DNA of 64,000 nt from an uncultured Phycisphaerales bacterium (GCA_963758525.1 CAVWVQ010000003.1:3680001-3744000), one strand, 5' to 3'; numbered from the stretch's first letter, positions 28,673-39,254 are shown. The notes: generated by a model not told the origin, from the sequence alone. Made by a program: numbers and translations.

Positions 28673-30177
28673 ACAAGCATCGCCTTCTCCGCTTCCACGC
28701 TGGGACGCCAGACTTTCAGTTCGCCGCTGGCCAGGAATCTGCCATCCTCGTGAGAGACGGTTCCTTCGACAACCCCGAAATCGCCGAAACGCGCGACCTT
28801 TTTCACGTCGACGAACAGGCGGTCTCCCGCGTGAGCCGTTCCCTCGATCCTGAGGTCCTTGACGCCCAGCAGCATTCCGCGATGCAGCGACTGTTCGTCG
28901 GCAGAAAGATGAAATCCATGCGACGCGGCAAACGACTGGGCGATCATCTCGATGTAAGCGGCTTCGTCCAGCCGGCCGGATTCGTCGACGAAAAGCGAAT
29001 CGGATCGGACGACGAATTCGGTGCGCGCAGAGCGCTCCCCGACGGCGATGATGCGATCGACCATCCGGATGCGCGGACCATGCGGAATCATGCCGCCGAT
29101 CGGCGCCGGCAGCGCGGGGATCGCCGTTCCCTCCGCTTTCCAGCAAAGCTGATCGCCGGCGAGATAGTCGCCGGTGAGCTGATATGCCGAGCCCCGGCAG
29201 CCGTAGCAGTCGGTCGTTTTGGAGCACGTTCGGCACGGCTCTTTCACCTTCTGTCCGAATGCGCGGAGATTTTCCAGCACTTCGCTCTCATCGAGGATTG
29301 TTCGCAGCGATTCGGTGCGAATATTTCCCAGCGGAATCGTGACGCCGACACAGGCAAAGATCGTTCCGCAGGGAGTGACATGACAGGCGAAGAGGTGCCG
29401 CTTGCACGAACGCCCGGTCAACTCCGGCGGATGCTCCCAAGTTTTGCCGAACTCGTCGCGGTCGATGCGACCCAGCTCGTTGAACAGTTGCCGGGCGCGC
29501 TGCGGCGCGACGACCCGGCCGGACGCATCGGCAGACGAACGGGGGCTGATCATTTGAAGGTAAGGTTCGACGCCGAGCGATCGCGTGCGCCGCCACCAAT
29601 CGGGCAAGGCTTCAATGTTGTCGTTGCGAACGGCCACGCGCGCTGCAAGAGGTGGTGCATCCGCTGAACAATAGCCGGCCTTCCGAAGCACATCGATCGC
29701 GACAGATGAGCCGAGAAGCGGATCGACTTTCAGCACGACAGCGACGTGTCGATTGCGCATGAACTCCGCCAGCTCCGAGTTGAGGCAGTCGCCGTCGGCA
29801 AATAGCTCGATTTCAACATTGCGCACGCGCAGGTGTTCGATCAGCTCCCGCAATCGGGGGGAAAGAATTGGATCGCCCGTTTTTCCGTGTTCGAGGATTG
29901 CCCCGCGCGTCCCACCGGGAGGGGATTCGACCAGGATGAACCGTCGGGCTCCCAGTGCGATCGCCTGATCGGACAAACCCAGAATTTCTTCAATCGACAG
30001 AACCGCTCGCGGCATCAAAGCGCAGGCCTCGCAGTGGCAAGCGATGTCCTCTGAAAGATCCAATTCGATGGAAAGCAGGCCTTTCGCGGCCACGGCCGCG
30101 GCGATTTGCCCGGCGGTAAAGCCGATGCCGCTGACGCGAATGGTGCAGTCGCCGCGCACGCTAATTGGCCTCTCCAC
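28669..30177 (-). CDS. Radical SAM-like/SPASM protein fused to C-terminal hot-dog dehydratase; non-canonical Cys motif
   Basis: CHCEAC instead of CxxxCxxC; SPASM cysteines CKRHLFAC..ACVG..CRTC..DCYGCR..DQLC; C-terminal IPHGPRIRMVD..IEMIAQ. Confidence 0.8.
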   Translation of the reverse strand: MERPISVRGDCTIRVSGIGFTAGQIAAAVAAKGLLSIELDLSEDIACHCEACALMPRAVLSIEEILGLSDQAIALGARRFILVESPPGGTRGAILEHGKTGDPILSPRLRELIEHLRVRNVEIELFADGDCLNSELAEFMRNRHVAVVLKVDPLLGSSVAIDVLRKAGYCSADAPPLAARVAVRNDNIEALPDWWRRTRSLGVEPYLQMISPRSSADASGRVVAPQRARQLFNELGRIDRDEFGKTWEHPPELTGRSCKRHLFACHVTPCGTIFACVGVTIPLGNIRTESLRTILDESEVLENLRAFGQKVKEPCRTCSKTTDCYGCRGSAYQLTGDYLAGDQLCWKAEGTAIPALPAPIGGMIPHGPRIRMVDRIIAVGERSARTEFVVRSDSLFVDESGRLDEAAYIEMIAQSFAASHGFHLSADEQSLHRGMLLGVKDLRIEGTAHAGDRLFVDVKKVARFGDFGVVEGTVSHEDGRFLASGELKVWRPSVEAEKAMLV

Positions 30178-30952
30178 CGGCTTCGATCGTATCCAGATGC
30201 GCGCGAATCCGGTCTCGCGCCAGATTCTTCAGTTGGTAGGGGCTCATGCCACCATGCTCCTCGGGCTTGATTGCCGGCAGTTTTGTGAACGTGATCCGGC
30301 CGGGGTGCAGGAGCAATGAGCCTTTGTGCGGGATGTCCTCGTTTCCTGCGATCGCAATAGGCACGACGCTCACGCCCGCCCGCTGTGCAAGCCGGAACGA
30401 AGAGCCGTGGAACGGACCGAGCTTCCGGGAGCCCGAGCGCGTGCCCTCGGGGAACGCGATGATGGAGCAGCCGACGGAAAGCAGTTTCGCGCCGGCTTCC
30501 ATGAATTCCTCGAAAGGCATCTCCCGCACTTTGAGGTATTCACCTTTTGTCGCAAGCGTCCCCATGACGGGCATGTGAGCGGGCCAGATGTTCAACACCT
30601 GCACGGTTTCAATCGGCAGATAGGCCATCAGGAAACCATCGGAGAGAGAGCGATGATTGGCGACAAATACGCAGGGCATTTTCTGGTCTGGCTCGAGATC
30701 GATAAATCGCACCCGGACAAACGGCCAGCCGCAGCGGACGATCATCGCTCCATAATAACTGATGCCGCGGCGGGTCAGTCGTTTGGTCAGCCGGCGGTTG
30801 CGCGATGCGTAGTGGACCAGTGTCACGAACGAGGCGACTGCAACGCCATAGATCACGGAGAGAATCGGCGCCATGATCCAGAAGATGAGATTCAGGGCGA
30901 CGAATTGGGCCCGCCACAGGATCGAGCGGCGATGCGCCACCTGCCGTGACAT
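30161..30952 (-). CDS. Lysophospholipid acyltransferase (PlsC-like)
   Basis: NHRSLSD and FPEGTRS motifs. Confidence 0.9.
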   Translation of the reverse strand: MSRQVAHRRSILWRAQFVALNLIFWIMAPILSVIYGVAVASFVTLVHYASRNRRLTKRLTRRGISYYGAMIVRCGWPFVRVRFIDLEPDQKMPCVFVANHRSLSDGFLMAYLPIETVQVLNIWPAHMPVMGTLATKGEYLKVREMPFEEFMEAGAKLLSVGCSIIAFPEGTRSGSRKLGPFHGSSFRLAQRAGVSVVPIAIAGNEDIPHKGSLLLHPGRITFTKLPAIKPEEHGGMSPYQLKNLARDRIRAHLDTIEAGGEAN

Positions 30953-30956
30953 CCAT

Positions 30957-31217
30957 TCACGCCTTCTGCTGCTCACCGCGAATGAGGATCAGGTAATTAT
31001 AGAGATCCTGCATGCTGCGAATGGATCGCACGCGTTCATCGTCGCGGACTTGCACGCCGAACCGCTTTTGAATTGCCGCCACCAGATCGACCACGTCGAG
31101 GCTGTCCAGTCCCAGGTCGCTGAAGATCTGTGCGTCAGGCGTGAGCTTTTCCCGCGGAATCTCGAAGGAATCCGCGAACACCTCGTTCACCGCATCGATC
31201 AGCTCGGGGTTGGTCAT
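30957..31217 (-). CDS. Acyl carrier protein 3
   Basis: DLGLDSLDVVDL. Confidence 0.9.
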   Translation of the reverse strand: MTNPELIDAVNEVFADSFEIPREKLTPDAQIFSDLGLDSLDVVDLVAAIQKRFGVQVRDDERVRSIRSMQDLYNYLILIRGEQQKA

Positions 31218-31364
31218 GCACTCTCTTGCCCGCCGATTCGGAATCTAACGGTGGCCGGGCGCGAATGCAACCAGAACCCGTTTCGCCAGCGGCTTTCTCT
31301 GTGGCTCGTGGGCGTCCGGCGCGTCCCGCGCGTGCTGGCGACGTGGAAGCAAGAGGACGTTGGA

Positions 31365-32907
31365 TTATGCGAATTCCATATCGCCGATCGGCAGCTCGGC
31401 GCTTCGGTACATCTCCAGCACGCGATGGATGTCGCCGTCCTGTCTTCGATCGGCATCATTGACGGGCACGTGCTTGCGAATCGCGTCATGCAGTGCTTTG
31501 GCTCTGGTGTGGCATCCCTCGCGGTTACGCAGATCGACGGCCTGGCAAAGGGCGAGTTGCACGACGGCCAGGACCGTCTCGGTCAGCTCCAGCACGCGCA
31601 GCGCGTCTCTGGCGGCGATGGTGCCCATGCTCACTTTGTCCTGATTGTGCGACTCGGTGCTGCGGCTGAAAACGCTGGCGGGCATCGTCAGCTTCAACGC
31701 CTCGGCGGCAAGAGCCGACGCGGTGATCTGCATCGCTTTGAATCCGTGATGGCTCACGTGATCCGGGCCGGCGCGGGCGACGAGATCGGCGGGCAGCCCG
31801 TTGCTGGTGGCGGGATTGCAGATCAGGGCCATCTGGCGATCGATCAGGTCCGCGATGTTGGCGACGGCGATCTTGAGCATGTCCATCGCCATGCAGGGAT
31901 GTCCGCCGTAGAAATTACCACCGTGAAGCACATCGCCGGTGGCGGCGTCGAGGAGGGGATTGTCGTTGGAGCTGTTGATTTCGGTTTCGAGCAGGCCGCG
32001 GATAAACGTGAGCGAGTCGAGGAGCACGCCGATGACGTGGGGGGCGCAGCGGATGGAATAGCGGTCTTGAATCCGGCCATCGTGCTGGGCGCTGCCACTG
32101 ACGTATTCAACATCATCGGCGATCCAGCGGGCGCAGGCGCTGGCCGGGGTGTGGCTTGGCGAGAAAAATGCGGTCGTCGAAGTGGCCGCGGTTGCCGCGG
32201 AGGACGTCGCTGCTCATCGCCGTCAGCGCCGACGCCCAACGAGCAAGTTGCCTTGCCCGCTCGTAGGCAAGGCACGCCAGCGCGGTCATGACGCTGGTGC
32301 CGTTCATCAGCGCGAGGCTTTCCTTGGGCCGAAGCTCGATGGGCTTGAGGCGCGCTTCCGCCAGCGCGGTCGCGGAGGGAACGACTTTCCCGTTGTAGGA
32401 GACCTCGCGCTCCCCGATCAGGACTGCGGCGACGTAGGAAAGCGGCGTGAGATCGCCGCTGGCGCCGACCGATCCTTCCGAGGGGATTTGCGGGAGAATG
32501 CGATGGTTCAACAGATCGCAGAGCCGTTGCAGCAGAAGCGGCCGCACACCCGAGCGTCCCTGCGCGAGGCTGACGAGCCTGACAACGATGACGGCGGCGC
32601 TCTGGTCATCTTCGAGCATTTGACCGGTGCCGCAGCCATGAAAGCGGACGAGATTTGCCGCCATGCGTGCGGAGAGCTCGGGCGGAACTGCTTTTTCGCA
32701 GGATTCGCCGAACCCGGTGGTGACGCCGTAGATGAGTTCGCCGCGGGAGATCAGCCGGTCGAGCAGTTCGACGCTGCGGTCGAGCCGCTGACGAAACGCC
32801 GCCGACTCGTCGAGGGCGACGCGCGCTTCGCCCCGCGCCACGCTTAACACATCGGCAATACTGAGCGGCGTGGCCCCGATGGTGATGACAGGCTTTTCTT
32901 CAGCCAA
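31365..32907 (-). CDS. MIO-dependent aromatic amino acid ammonia-lyase (frameshift ~32140)
   Basis: IYGVTTGFG, GSVGASGDLTP (ASG), QDRYSIRCAPH, SSNDNP, HNQDKVSMG. Confidence 0.9.
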
Positions 32908-33016
32908 TTGCGTTGGTCCTTGCTGCGTTTTCCCAAATGCCCGGTGGAAGTTAGCGCAATGATAATCGGGATACGCGGCAATGCCAGAGGGGGTTCGGTC
33001 AGGGCGGCCCCCTCGG

Positions 33017-34186
33017 TCACCGTGTCGCGAGCTCGCCCGCTTTCGCGCCGGTCGCGAGGCAAATCCCTCCAACGCGGGTCGACGCCGCTGCGGCGCGGGT
33101 TGCGGAAATGCAGGTCCCGCCGGCGAACAGATTTTCGACCACCGCGCTCTGCAGCGCTTCGGGCGGGATGTCGTAGTGATCGCCAGGCGGCGGGTAGTCG
33201 TAGGACGGGCCCTTCTCCGAATCCCAGTTTTCGATCGGCCACCAGGCGTGAATCGCGTCGGGGCCGCGCTTTTTGCCGGAGAGTACGTCTGATTCGGTTA
33301 CGAGATATTTGCCACGCAGGCGTCGCCCGTCGCGGCGCAGGGCATGGGGTGACATCTCGATGATGGTCGCTGAGGTAAACGCGGCAATGCTTTCGCGGAC
33401 TTCCAGAATGACGCTGCGAACGAAAGGATTTGCCTGTTCGGGTGAAAATGCGTTGGGCGGAATCGCGAGCTTGAGCACGCCTTCGCCGGGGCTGGGGCCG
33501 GGATAGAAGACCGCGAATCTTGCGGCGTGAGGCAGCGATCCTTCGATGACAGCCTGATTGAGCGCATACGGAATCTGCAGGCGCAGCAGATCGGCGTCTC
33601 CAGTCAATCCCGCCCAGCGGATGGCATATCCGCCCAGCATGTCGGTGGAAGCGCGATCGGGCGGTTGCAGGGCGTCTTCGCCGACCAACTGCAGTATGTT
33701 GCCCCCGCCGGTGCAATCGACGACTGCGTTGACGGGAAACGTTCCGTCGACAGTCCCGGAAAGTCGCAGGGAAATGATGCGATCGCCCTCGCGGCTTACG
33801 GCAATCGCGCGGGTGTCCGTCCGAAGATCGACCTTTGAGTCGGCACAGATATCCGTCAGCGCGCTCTCCCACGCTGACGTGGGAAATTCGAGCACGGACG
33901 CGTGCCCGAACGTTCGCGGAACGACGCCCGACGGGGCGTTGCGGACCATGCGCGTTACCACTTCGCGCTGCAAGCCGGCGTTCAGCGTGTCAGCGGGCGC
34001 CGACGGAGCGGCGGCGTAGAGCCCGCAAAGAGAGCGGTGCATGGCGGCGGTCACGGAGCCGCCCAGACGATTGCCAGCGTCGATCAGAAGTACAGCGGCG
34101 CCGCGCCGCGCCGCGGCCGCGGCGGCGCAGACGCCGGCGGGGCCGGCGCCGACGACGGCGATGTCATATTTTTGTCGCGGCAGCAC
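33017..34186 (-). CDS. FAD-dependent oxidoreductase
   Basis: DIAVVGAGPAG, VVDCTG, RRLRGKYLVT, NLFAGGTCISA. Confidence 0.85.
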   Translation of the reverse strand: MLPRQKYDIAVVGAGPAGVCAAAAAARRGAAVLLIDAGNRLGGSVTAAMHRSLCGLYAAAPSAPADTLNAGLQREVVTRMVRNAPSGVVPRTFGHASVLEFPTSAWESALTDICADSKVDLRTDTRAIAVSREGDRIISLRLSGTVDGTFPVNAVVDCTGGGNILQLVGEDALQPPDRASTDMLGGYAIRWAGLTGDADLLRLQIPYALNQAVIEGSLPHAARFAVFYPGPSPGEGVLKLAIPPNAFSPEQANPFVRSVILEVRESIAAFTSATIIEMSPHALRRDGRRLRGKYLVTESDVLSGKKRGPDAIHAWWPIENWDSEKGPSYDYPPPGDHYDIPPEALQSAVVENLFAGGTCISATRAAAASTRVGGICLATGAKAGELATR

Positions 34187-34196
34187 GGAGTGAATC

Positions 34197-34598
34197 TCAT
34201 CGCGGGAAACCGGGATCCGTTGGATCGTAGTCGACTTCCATCACGCTGTAGCCGGAGGTGAAGGCGCTGTCCTGGGAGTAGACGATTTCCCCGATTCCCT
34301 TGTAATAGGCGGTCACGCGGGAGTTGTCGCCGCCGTAATGGAACGGAATCCATGCTTTGCCGGTGACGTATGCATGCTGGGAGGTTGGGGGACCGATGGT
34401 CGCCTGCACCTGCTCCATGCTCATGCCGTTTTTCACTTTCGCGAACGGGCTGTCGGGGGGAATGGGAACGGCCGGCGCGGTGGCGGCGGGAGCTTCGGCG
34501 GGCCTTGCCGAGGCCGAGCTGGAATTGCTGGAGGAGCACCCGATCAGCAGGCTCGCTGGAAGTACGACGGCGGCACCTATAATGCGTTTGTTGAACAT
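34197..34598 (-). CDS. Small lipoprotein (SmpA/BamE-like domain)
   Basis: Lipobox LLIGC, KVKNGMSMEQVQATIGPP. Confidence 0.7.
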   Translation of the reverse strand: MFNKRIIGAAVVLPASLLIGCSSSNSSSASARPAEAPAATAPAVPIPPDSPFAKVKNGMSMEQVQATIGPPTSQHAYVTGKAWIPFHYGGDNSRVTAYYKGIGEIVYSQDSAFTSGYSVMEVDYDPTDPGFPR

Positions 34599-34644
34599 GG
34601 CGCGGTTCTCCATGAAATGTGGTTTGGCGATAAGGAAAAATCTA

Positions 34645-35880
34645 TCACCGCGGCATGGTACAGGCAATAGCGGCATTGATCCCGCCGAAAGCGAAGCTGT
34701 TCTTGAGGAAGGCATCGAACCTCGCGGCTTTCTTCTCGCGAACGTGGTTGATGCCGGCGCAGGCCGGATCGACCTCCTCGAGATTGTGCGTGGGGTAGAT
34801 CGTCTGGCTTCGCATCATTTCGATGGTGGCCGCTAATTCGATCGCGCCCGATGCGCCCAGCGTGTGTCCCATGTTCCCTTTGAGACTGCTGACCGGTACG
34901 TCGGGGCCGAAAACCGCCGCGATGGCGCTGGCTTCGGCGGCGTCTCCCTGGGGAGTGCCGGTCGCGTGCGCGCCGACATAGCCGATGTCGCTGGGCGAAA
35001 GCCCGGCGGATGAGAGCGTCGTCCGCATGCAGACTCGCATGGAAGAGTCGTCCGACTGACTGACATGCACGCCGTTGCTGCAGGTGTGATACCCGACCAC
35101 CTCGGCCAGAATGTTGGCTCCGCGACGCTTCGCGTGCTCGAGTTCTTCGAGAACGATGACGCCGGCACCTTCGCCGCAGACCAGGCCGTCGCGCTGCGCG
35201 TCAAACGGGCGCGGCGTGCGCGAGGGGCTGTCGTTAAATTTGCTGGAGGCAGCATAAAGGATGTCGAAAGAACCCACGACCGTCTCGTGCAGCTCCTCAC
35301 CCCCGCCGCAGAGAAGAACGTCCTGCCGCCCGAGCCGGATTTGATCGTATGCGGCCCCAACTGCCTGCAGTCCCGACGCACATGCAGCCGATGTCGCGGA
35401 GACGACACCTTTGATGCCGAAATATTGCGCCACGTTGAGGGCGACGGTGTGCGAGACGCATCGGAAAAATTCCGAGGCGCCCAACAGCATGTACTCACTT
35501 TTGGCCAGCAGCAGCTCGTAGGTGTGCGTGATCGCCTGCGGGCTTCCGGTGGTGGATCCCATGATGCATCCGAAGCGCGGATTGTCGGGGATCGTGGCCG
35601 GGTCGATCTGCGCATGTTGCAGCGCCTGGACGGCGGCTTGCACGCCGAAGATGCTCATCGTGCTCATCGTCCGGCGGGTCGCGCGGGGGATCCCCTTGGG
35701 ATCGCGCAGCTCGATCGACGCCCCGACCTGGCAGCGAAGCTTGCCGAAGCGGTTCCATGAAGGAGGCATCGCCCGGGTGGCGCAGACACCGGCCTCGAGG
35801 CCTTGCATCATTTCGGTCACGCTATAGCCGATCGGAGATACGACGCCGTATCCGGTTATGACGACGCGGTGGAAAGACAT
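34645..35880 (-). CDS. Beta-ketoacyl-ACP synthase (FabB/FabF/ApeR-like)
   Basis: RVVITGYG, SAACASG, AHATGT, GHTLG, NSFAFGG. Confidence 0.92.
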   Translation of the reverse strand: MSFHRVVITGYGVVSPIGYSVTEMMQGLEAGVCATRAMPPSWNRFGKLRCQVGASIELRDPKGIPRATRRTMSTMSIFGVQAAVQALQHAQIDPATIPDNPRFGCIMGSTTGSPQAITHTYELLLAKSEYMLLGASEFFRCVSHTVALNVAQYFGIKGVVSATSAACASGLQAVGAAYDQIRLGRQDVLLCGGGEELHETVVGSFDILYAASSKFNDSPSRTPRPFDAQRDGLVCGEGAGVIVLEELEHAKRRGANILAEVVGYHTCSNGVHVSQSDDSSMRVCMRTTLSSAGLSPSDIGYVGAHATGTPQGDAAEASAIAAVFGPDVPVSSLKGNMGHTLGASGAIELAATIEMMRSQTIYPTHNLEEVDPACAGINHVREKKAARFDAFLKNSFAFGGINAAIACTMPR

Positions 35881-37376
35881 GATTTCCCGGAAAGATAATC
35901 CTTAAACACATCGCGCCCCAGAAGACTTCGGCACACAAAGAACGCCGAGGTCATCGCTCCAAGCACCCCCGGCAACAGCGCGCTTTGGCCCGCCGCATAT
36001 AAATTCGAGAGCGGCAGCCGACCGGCGACATTAAACTGCCCGATTTTCTGACGAATGCCATAGGCGCTCCCATCAGGGCTGTGCAAATAGTCGCGGTACG
36101 TGAGCGTTGACGCGGAGTCGATCACGCGCGTTTCCCGGCATTCTGGAAGATGCTCGCGGATCCGTCCGAGGACCGATTCGGTCCGCAGCCTTTTATACTC
36201 AGCGTATTCCCGCGGCCGGCGTTTGAGCTTCGTCGCATTCCATCGATCGGTCGTTTCCGTGAAAGCCACCTCCAGCGCAGTCACCGTATGCACCGGGCCG
36301 CTCGACCCGCGCTCGCTGCTGCGCAGCACCATCATCGGCCCGTCGATCGGCTCGGGCGACCGGCAGGTCAGCATCTCATTCAAATCGGTATTCGGCAGAA
36401 TCGACGCCAGCGTGATCGCGTCCTTGCCCGCGGGGGTGTCCAGCGCACCGTAGAGCGTGAAAAAACCGTTGGTCGATTCAAAATCGTTGACGCGATTCGC
36501 AAAAGCTTTGGAAATGTGCTCCCTGGGGAGAATTGACAGAATGCTGCGCGGATGAATCGTGAAAATGCACCCGGCGGCGCTAACCTCCGTGCCGTCGGTC
36601 AATGCGAAACGCATCACTTTGCGTTTCTCGACATCGAGGCATTCCTGGATCGTGGTGCGCGTGCGGATTTCGACGTTATCCCGACGCAACACATCGACCA
36701 GCGCATCGACGAAGGCGTCGCCCCCATCTTCCACGCGCGCAAGCGATTCCTGCAATCCGAAGCAGACCCGGCAATGGGTTGCAAACGAGACTTCATTGGG
36801 CCGGGTTCCGTAACACATGCACAGGCCGCCGAGGATCGTCTGCAGCATTTGATCTGACGTGCAGTCGTCAAGGACGGTCTGGAGCGGAATGGTGTCAGCC
36901 TCAAGCGGCGGCGGAAATTCATCGAAGCCGGAGACGGTGAGCGTTGGGGTCGCATCGATGACCGCCTGGAATTTTTGGAAGTAACGGTCAAGGCCGGCGC
37001 GCTCGCGCGGGAAATCGCGCTTGAGTTTTTCGCGGACGATTTCCATACCGCAGGGGATGACGTACTGGGCTCCCAGTGAGGGGAAGATCATGCGATGGGA
37101 CGCGTCGCGCGGGAAAAACAGCGGGCGAATCTGATCGCGGACGCCGAGGATGGAAAGGAGCGTGTCGAGCACGCCATTGCGCTGGTCGTTGAATCCGCCG
37201 GTGAAGTGGAAGCCGACATCGTAGGGGATTCCCTCCACGCGGAAGCGCGCCAGTGATCCGCCGAGAATGGTCGCTTTTTCCAACAGCAGCACGCGCTTGC
37301 CGTGCTGGGAGAGGACGCGGGCGGCGGTGAGCCCGGTGATGCCGCTGCCGACGACGATGTAATCGTAGTTTTTCAT
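35856..37376 (-). CDS. Phytoene desaturase/retinol saturase-like FAD oxidoreductase
   Basis: VVGSGITG, YDVGFHFTGG, TYRDYL..GSAYG, NLYAAGQS..PGVLG. Confidence 0.85.
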   Translation of the reverse strand: MKNYDYIVVGSGITGLTAARVLSQHGKRVLLLEKATILGGSLARFRVEGIPYDVGFHFTGGFNDQRNGVLDTLLSILGVRDQIRPLFFPRDASHRMIFPSLGAQYVIPCGMEIVREKLKRDFPRERAGLDRYFQKFQAVIDATPTLTVSGFDEFPPPLEADTIPLQTVLDDCTSDQMLQTILGGLCMCYGTRPNEVSFATHCRVCFGLQESLARVEDGGDAFVDALVDVLRRDNVEIRTRTTIQECLDVEKRKVMRFALTDGTEVSAAGCIFTIHPRSILSILPREHISKAFANRVNDFESTNGFFTLYGALDTPAGKDAITLASILPNTDLNEMLTCRSPEPIDGPMMVLRSSERGSSGPVHTVTALEVAFTETTDRWNATKLKRRPREYAEYKRLRTESVLGRIREHLPECRETRVIDSASTLTYRDYLHSPDGSAYGIRQKIGQFNVAGRLPLSNLYAAGQSALLPGVLGAMTSAFFVCRSLLGRDVFKDYLSGKSCLSTASS

Positions 37377-37410
37377 TGATCCGGGCTGCGGCGCGGGCCT
37401 CTATGCAGGA

Positions 37411-37440
37411 ACGCGCTCCGCTGCGCGTCGCGGCCAACCC
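37411..37440. repeat. Single family-E REP arm
   Basis: ACGCGCTCCGCTGCGCGTCGCGGCCAACCC matches the 44405 and 51448 arms. Confidence 0.75.
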
Positions 37441-37474
37441 GTAAAGACACATCACAGGCAGCTTGGATGGGCGA

Positions 37475-38209
37475 TCAGGTCGCGAGGCCGCCGTTGATTC
37501 CGATGACCTGTCCATGAATATACATGGAAGGTTCACGACAGAGAAACTCAATGACGGCGGCCACGTCGTCCACCTGCCCAAATCGGGCCAGGGGGATCAT
37601 CGGGAGAATCTTGTCCTTCGGCAGATTCGCGGTCATGTCGGTTTCGATCAATCCCGGCGCAACCGCGTTGACGCAGATGTTTCGCTTGCCCACTTCGCGG
37701 GCCAGCGCCTTGCACGCTCCGATCAAACCCGCCTTGGCAGCCGAGTAATTCACCTGCCCGGCCTGGCCTACCTGCCCGGATACCGACGACACCGCCACAA
37801 TTCGGCCGCGACGGGCCCGCAGCATCGCGAAAAGCACCGCGTTGATTACGTTGTAAAAGCCATCGAGATCGGTCCGAATGACAGCCGTCCATTCTTCGGG
37901 TTTCATCCAGACCATCAGATTGTCGCGGGTGATTCCGGCATTGAAGACGACGATCTCCGGAGACCGCTCTTCCGCCCGGCCGCGCAGCGCCGCGTCGGTT
38001 GCCCCGCGGTCGCTGACGTCGAAGCAGAGCAACTCGCACTTGCGCCCAAGCTGCTCGATCTGAGCCTGTGTTTCGCGGGCCTGCTCGTGATTGCTGCGGT
38101 AGGTCAGCCAGATGTCGCAGCCTGATTTGGCCAATCGGATGGCGGTTGCCCTGCCGATGCCGCGGCTGCCTCCGACGACGAGCGCGACAGTGGGCTGGTC
38201 CTTTTCCAT
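37475..38209 (-). CDS. fabG: 3-oxoacyl-ACP reductase (FabG-like SDR)
   Basis: GGSRGIG, NAGITRD, YSAAK, NAVAPG. Confidence 0.9.
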   Translation of the reverse strand: MEKDQPTVALVVGGSRGIGRATAIRLAKSGCDIWLTYRSNHEQARETQAQIEQLGRKCELLCFDVSDRGATDAALRGRAEERSPEIVVFNAGITRDNLMVWMKPEEWTAVIRTDLDGFYNVINAVLFAMLRARRGRIVAVSSVSGQVGQAGQVNYSAAKAGLIGACKALAREVGKRNICVNAVAPGLIETDMTANLPKDKILPMIPLARFGQVDDVAAVIEFLCREPSMYIHGQVIGINGGLAT

Positions 38210-38221
38210 GGGGTGTCTATC

Positions 38222-38249
38222 ACTATACCGCACGCCACACTGGCAGCAA
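38222..38249 (-). promoter_or_regulatory. Putative sigma-70 promoter of the long minus-strand operon
   Basis: TTGCTG-N16-TATAGT, 12 nt upstream of the fabG ATG. Confidence 0.35.
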
Positions 38250-38322
38250 CGCGTTGCACCGTCGCATGTTGCATCACCGCGGCTTCAATCGAATAATCGC
38301 GGGCGTGTTGTCAGATGGATCG

Positions 38323-39084
38323 GTGATCCCCGCGATTGAGTTGTCGGGCATTGTCCTCTTCGCCGGGATCGCCATCAGATGGCTGGTGCGGCGGCTTCTG
38401 CTTGCGTGCCTTGGCGTGAAATCGAACAGCGCGCTCGCCAGCGAGCCGATGGGTCGCGTGCTGCGTCGCTTTGAGAAAATGCGCACGTCCGTCTGGATGT
38501 TCGCGTGGTTCAAGGTGCGGCTCGATCCGATGTTTCGCGAATTGCCCGCGCTGCTGAAGGAACTGCCTTCCCCCCAGGCGATTCTCGATATCGGCTGCGG
38601 GCATGGCATCGCAGGTTCGGCGCTCCTCGAATGGTGCCCCGGCTCGACGATTGTCGGCATCGACCCGAGCGGATCGCGCGTGCGCGTCGCGTCGAAGGTT
38701 TTCGCCGGCCGCGGTCGGGCGATCCGGGGCGCCGTTCCCGATCTGCCGATCGAGCACCTCACCGGGCGCGTCGATGCGGTCCTTATTCTCGATGTCATCC
38801 ACTTTCTGACCGGTCCGCAGCTCGAAGCCACGTTTCGGCAAGTCCGCCAGCGCCTCGCCGAGGGTGGCTGGATCATCATTCGCGTGTCCATTCCCGAGGC
38901 GCCTTCAAAATCGCTGTTGTTTCGTCTCGAACCAATCCAACGGAGCTTCACGCGCGGCCGGGCGTACTACCGCACAGGCGACCGTATCGAGCAGATGCTG
39001 AAAGACGCGAAGTTCACCGTAAGGGAGCGTCAGATGTCCGGCATAGGCAGCGAACTCTGCTGGTTTATCGCGGTCGCAATTTGA
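38323..39084 (+). CDS. Class I SAM-dependent methyltransferase with N-terminal TM (start uncertain)
   Basis: FAWFKVRLDP, ILDIGCGHG, ILDVIHFL. Confidence 0.8.
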   Translation: MIPAIELSGIVLFAGIAIRWLVRRLLLACLGVKSNSALASEPMGRVLRRFEKMRTSVWMFAWFKVRLDPMFRELPALLKELPSPQAILDIGCGHGIAGSALLEWCPGSTIVGIDPSGSRVRVASKVFAGRGRAIRGAVPDLPIEHLTGRVDAVLILDVIHFLTGPQLEATFRQVRQRLAEGGWIIIRVSIPEAPSKSLLFRLEPIQRSFTRGRAYYRTGDRIEQMLKDAKFTVRERQMSGIGSELCWFIAVAI

Positions 39085-39091
39085 CTCACCT

Positions 39092-39146
39092 GTAGCACGG
39101 CCGTCCCGGCTGCGATTCGAAGCTGCAGCCGACACGGCTGTGCTAC
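39092..39146. repeat. REP-like hairpin after methyltransferase
   Basis: GTAGCACGGCCGTCCCGGCTG / CAGCCGACACGGCTGTGCTAC. Confidence 0.65.
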
Positions 39147-39254
39147 GAGAATGGCTCATTCGTTTCTCAGTGAAAACCTGAGTGCTTGATGCTTGGCCGC
39201 TCTATCTCGCGATCTGGTCGCGTGGTAGCTTCAGTGACCGCGGCGAAATCGACG

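Noticed and set aside
31214..31489. 91-aa ORF as possible radical SAM precursor peptide
   Set aside because: Overlaps the lyase 3' end, no convincing start or composition; the rSAM context is fatty-acyl, not RiPP
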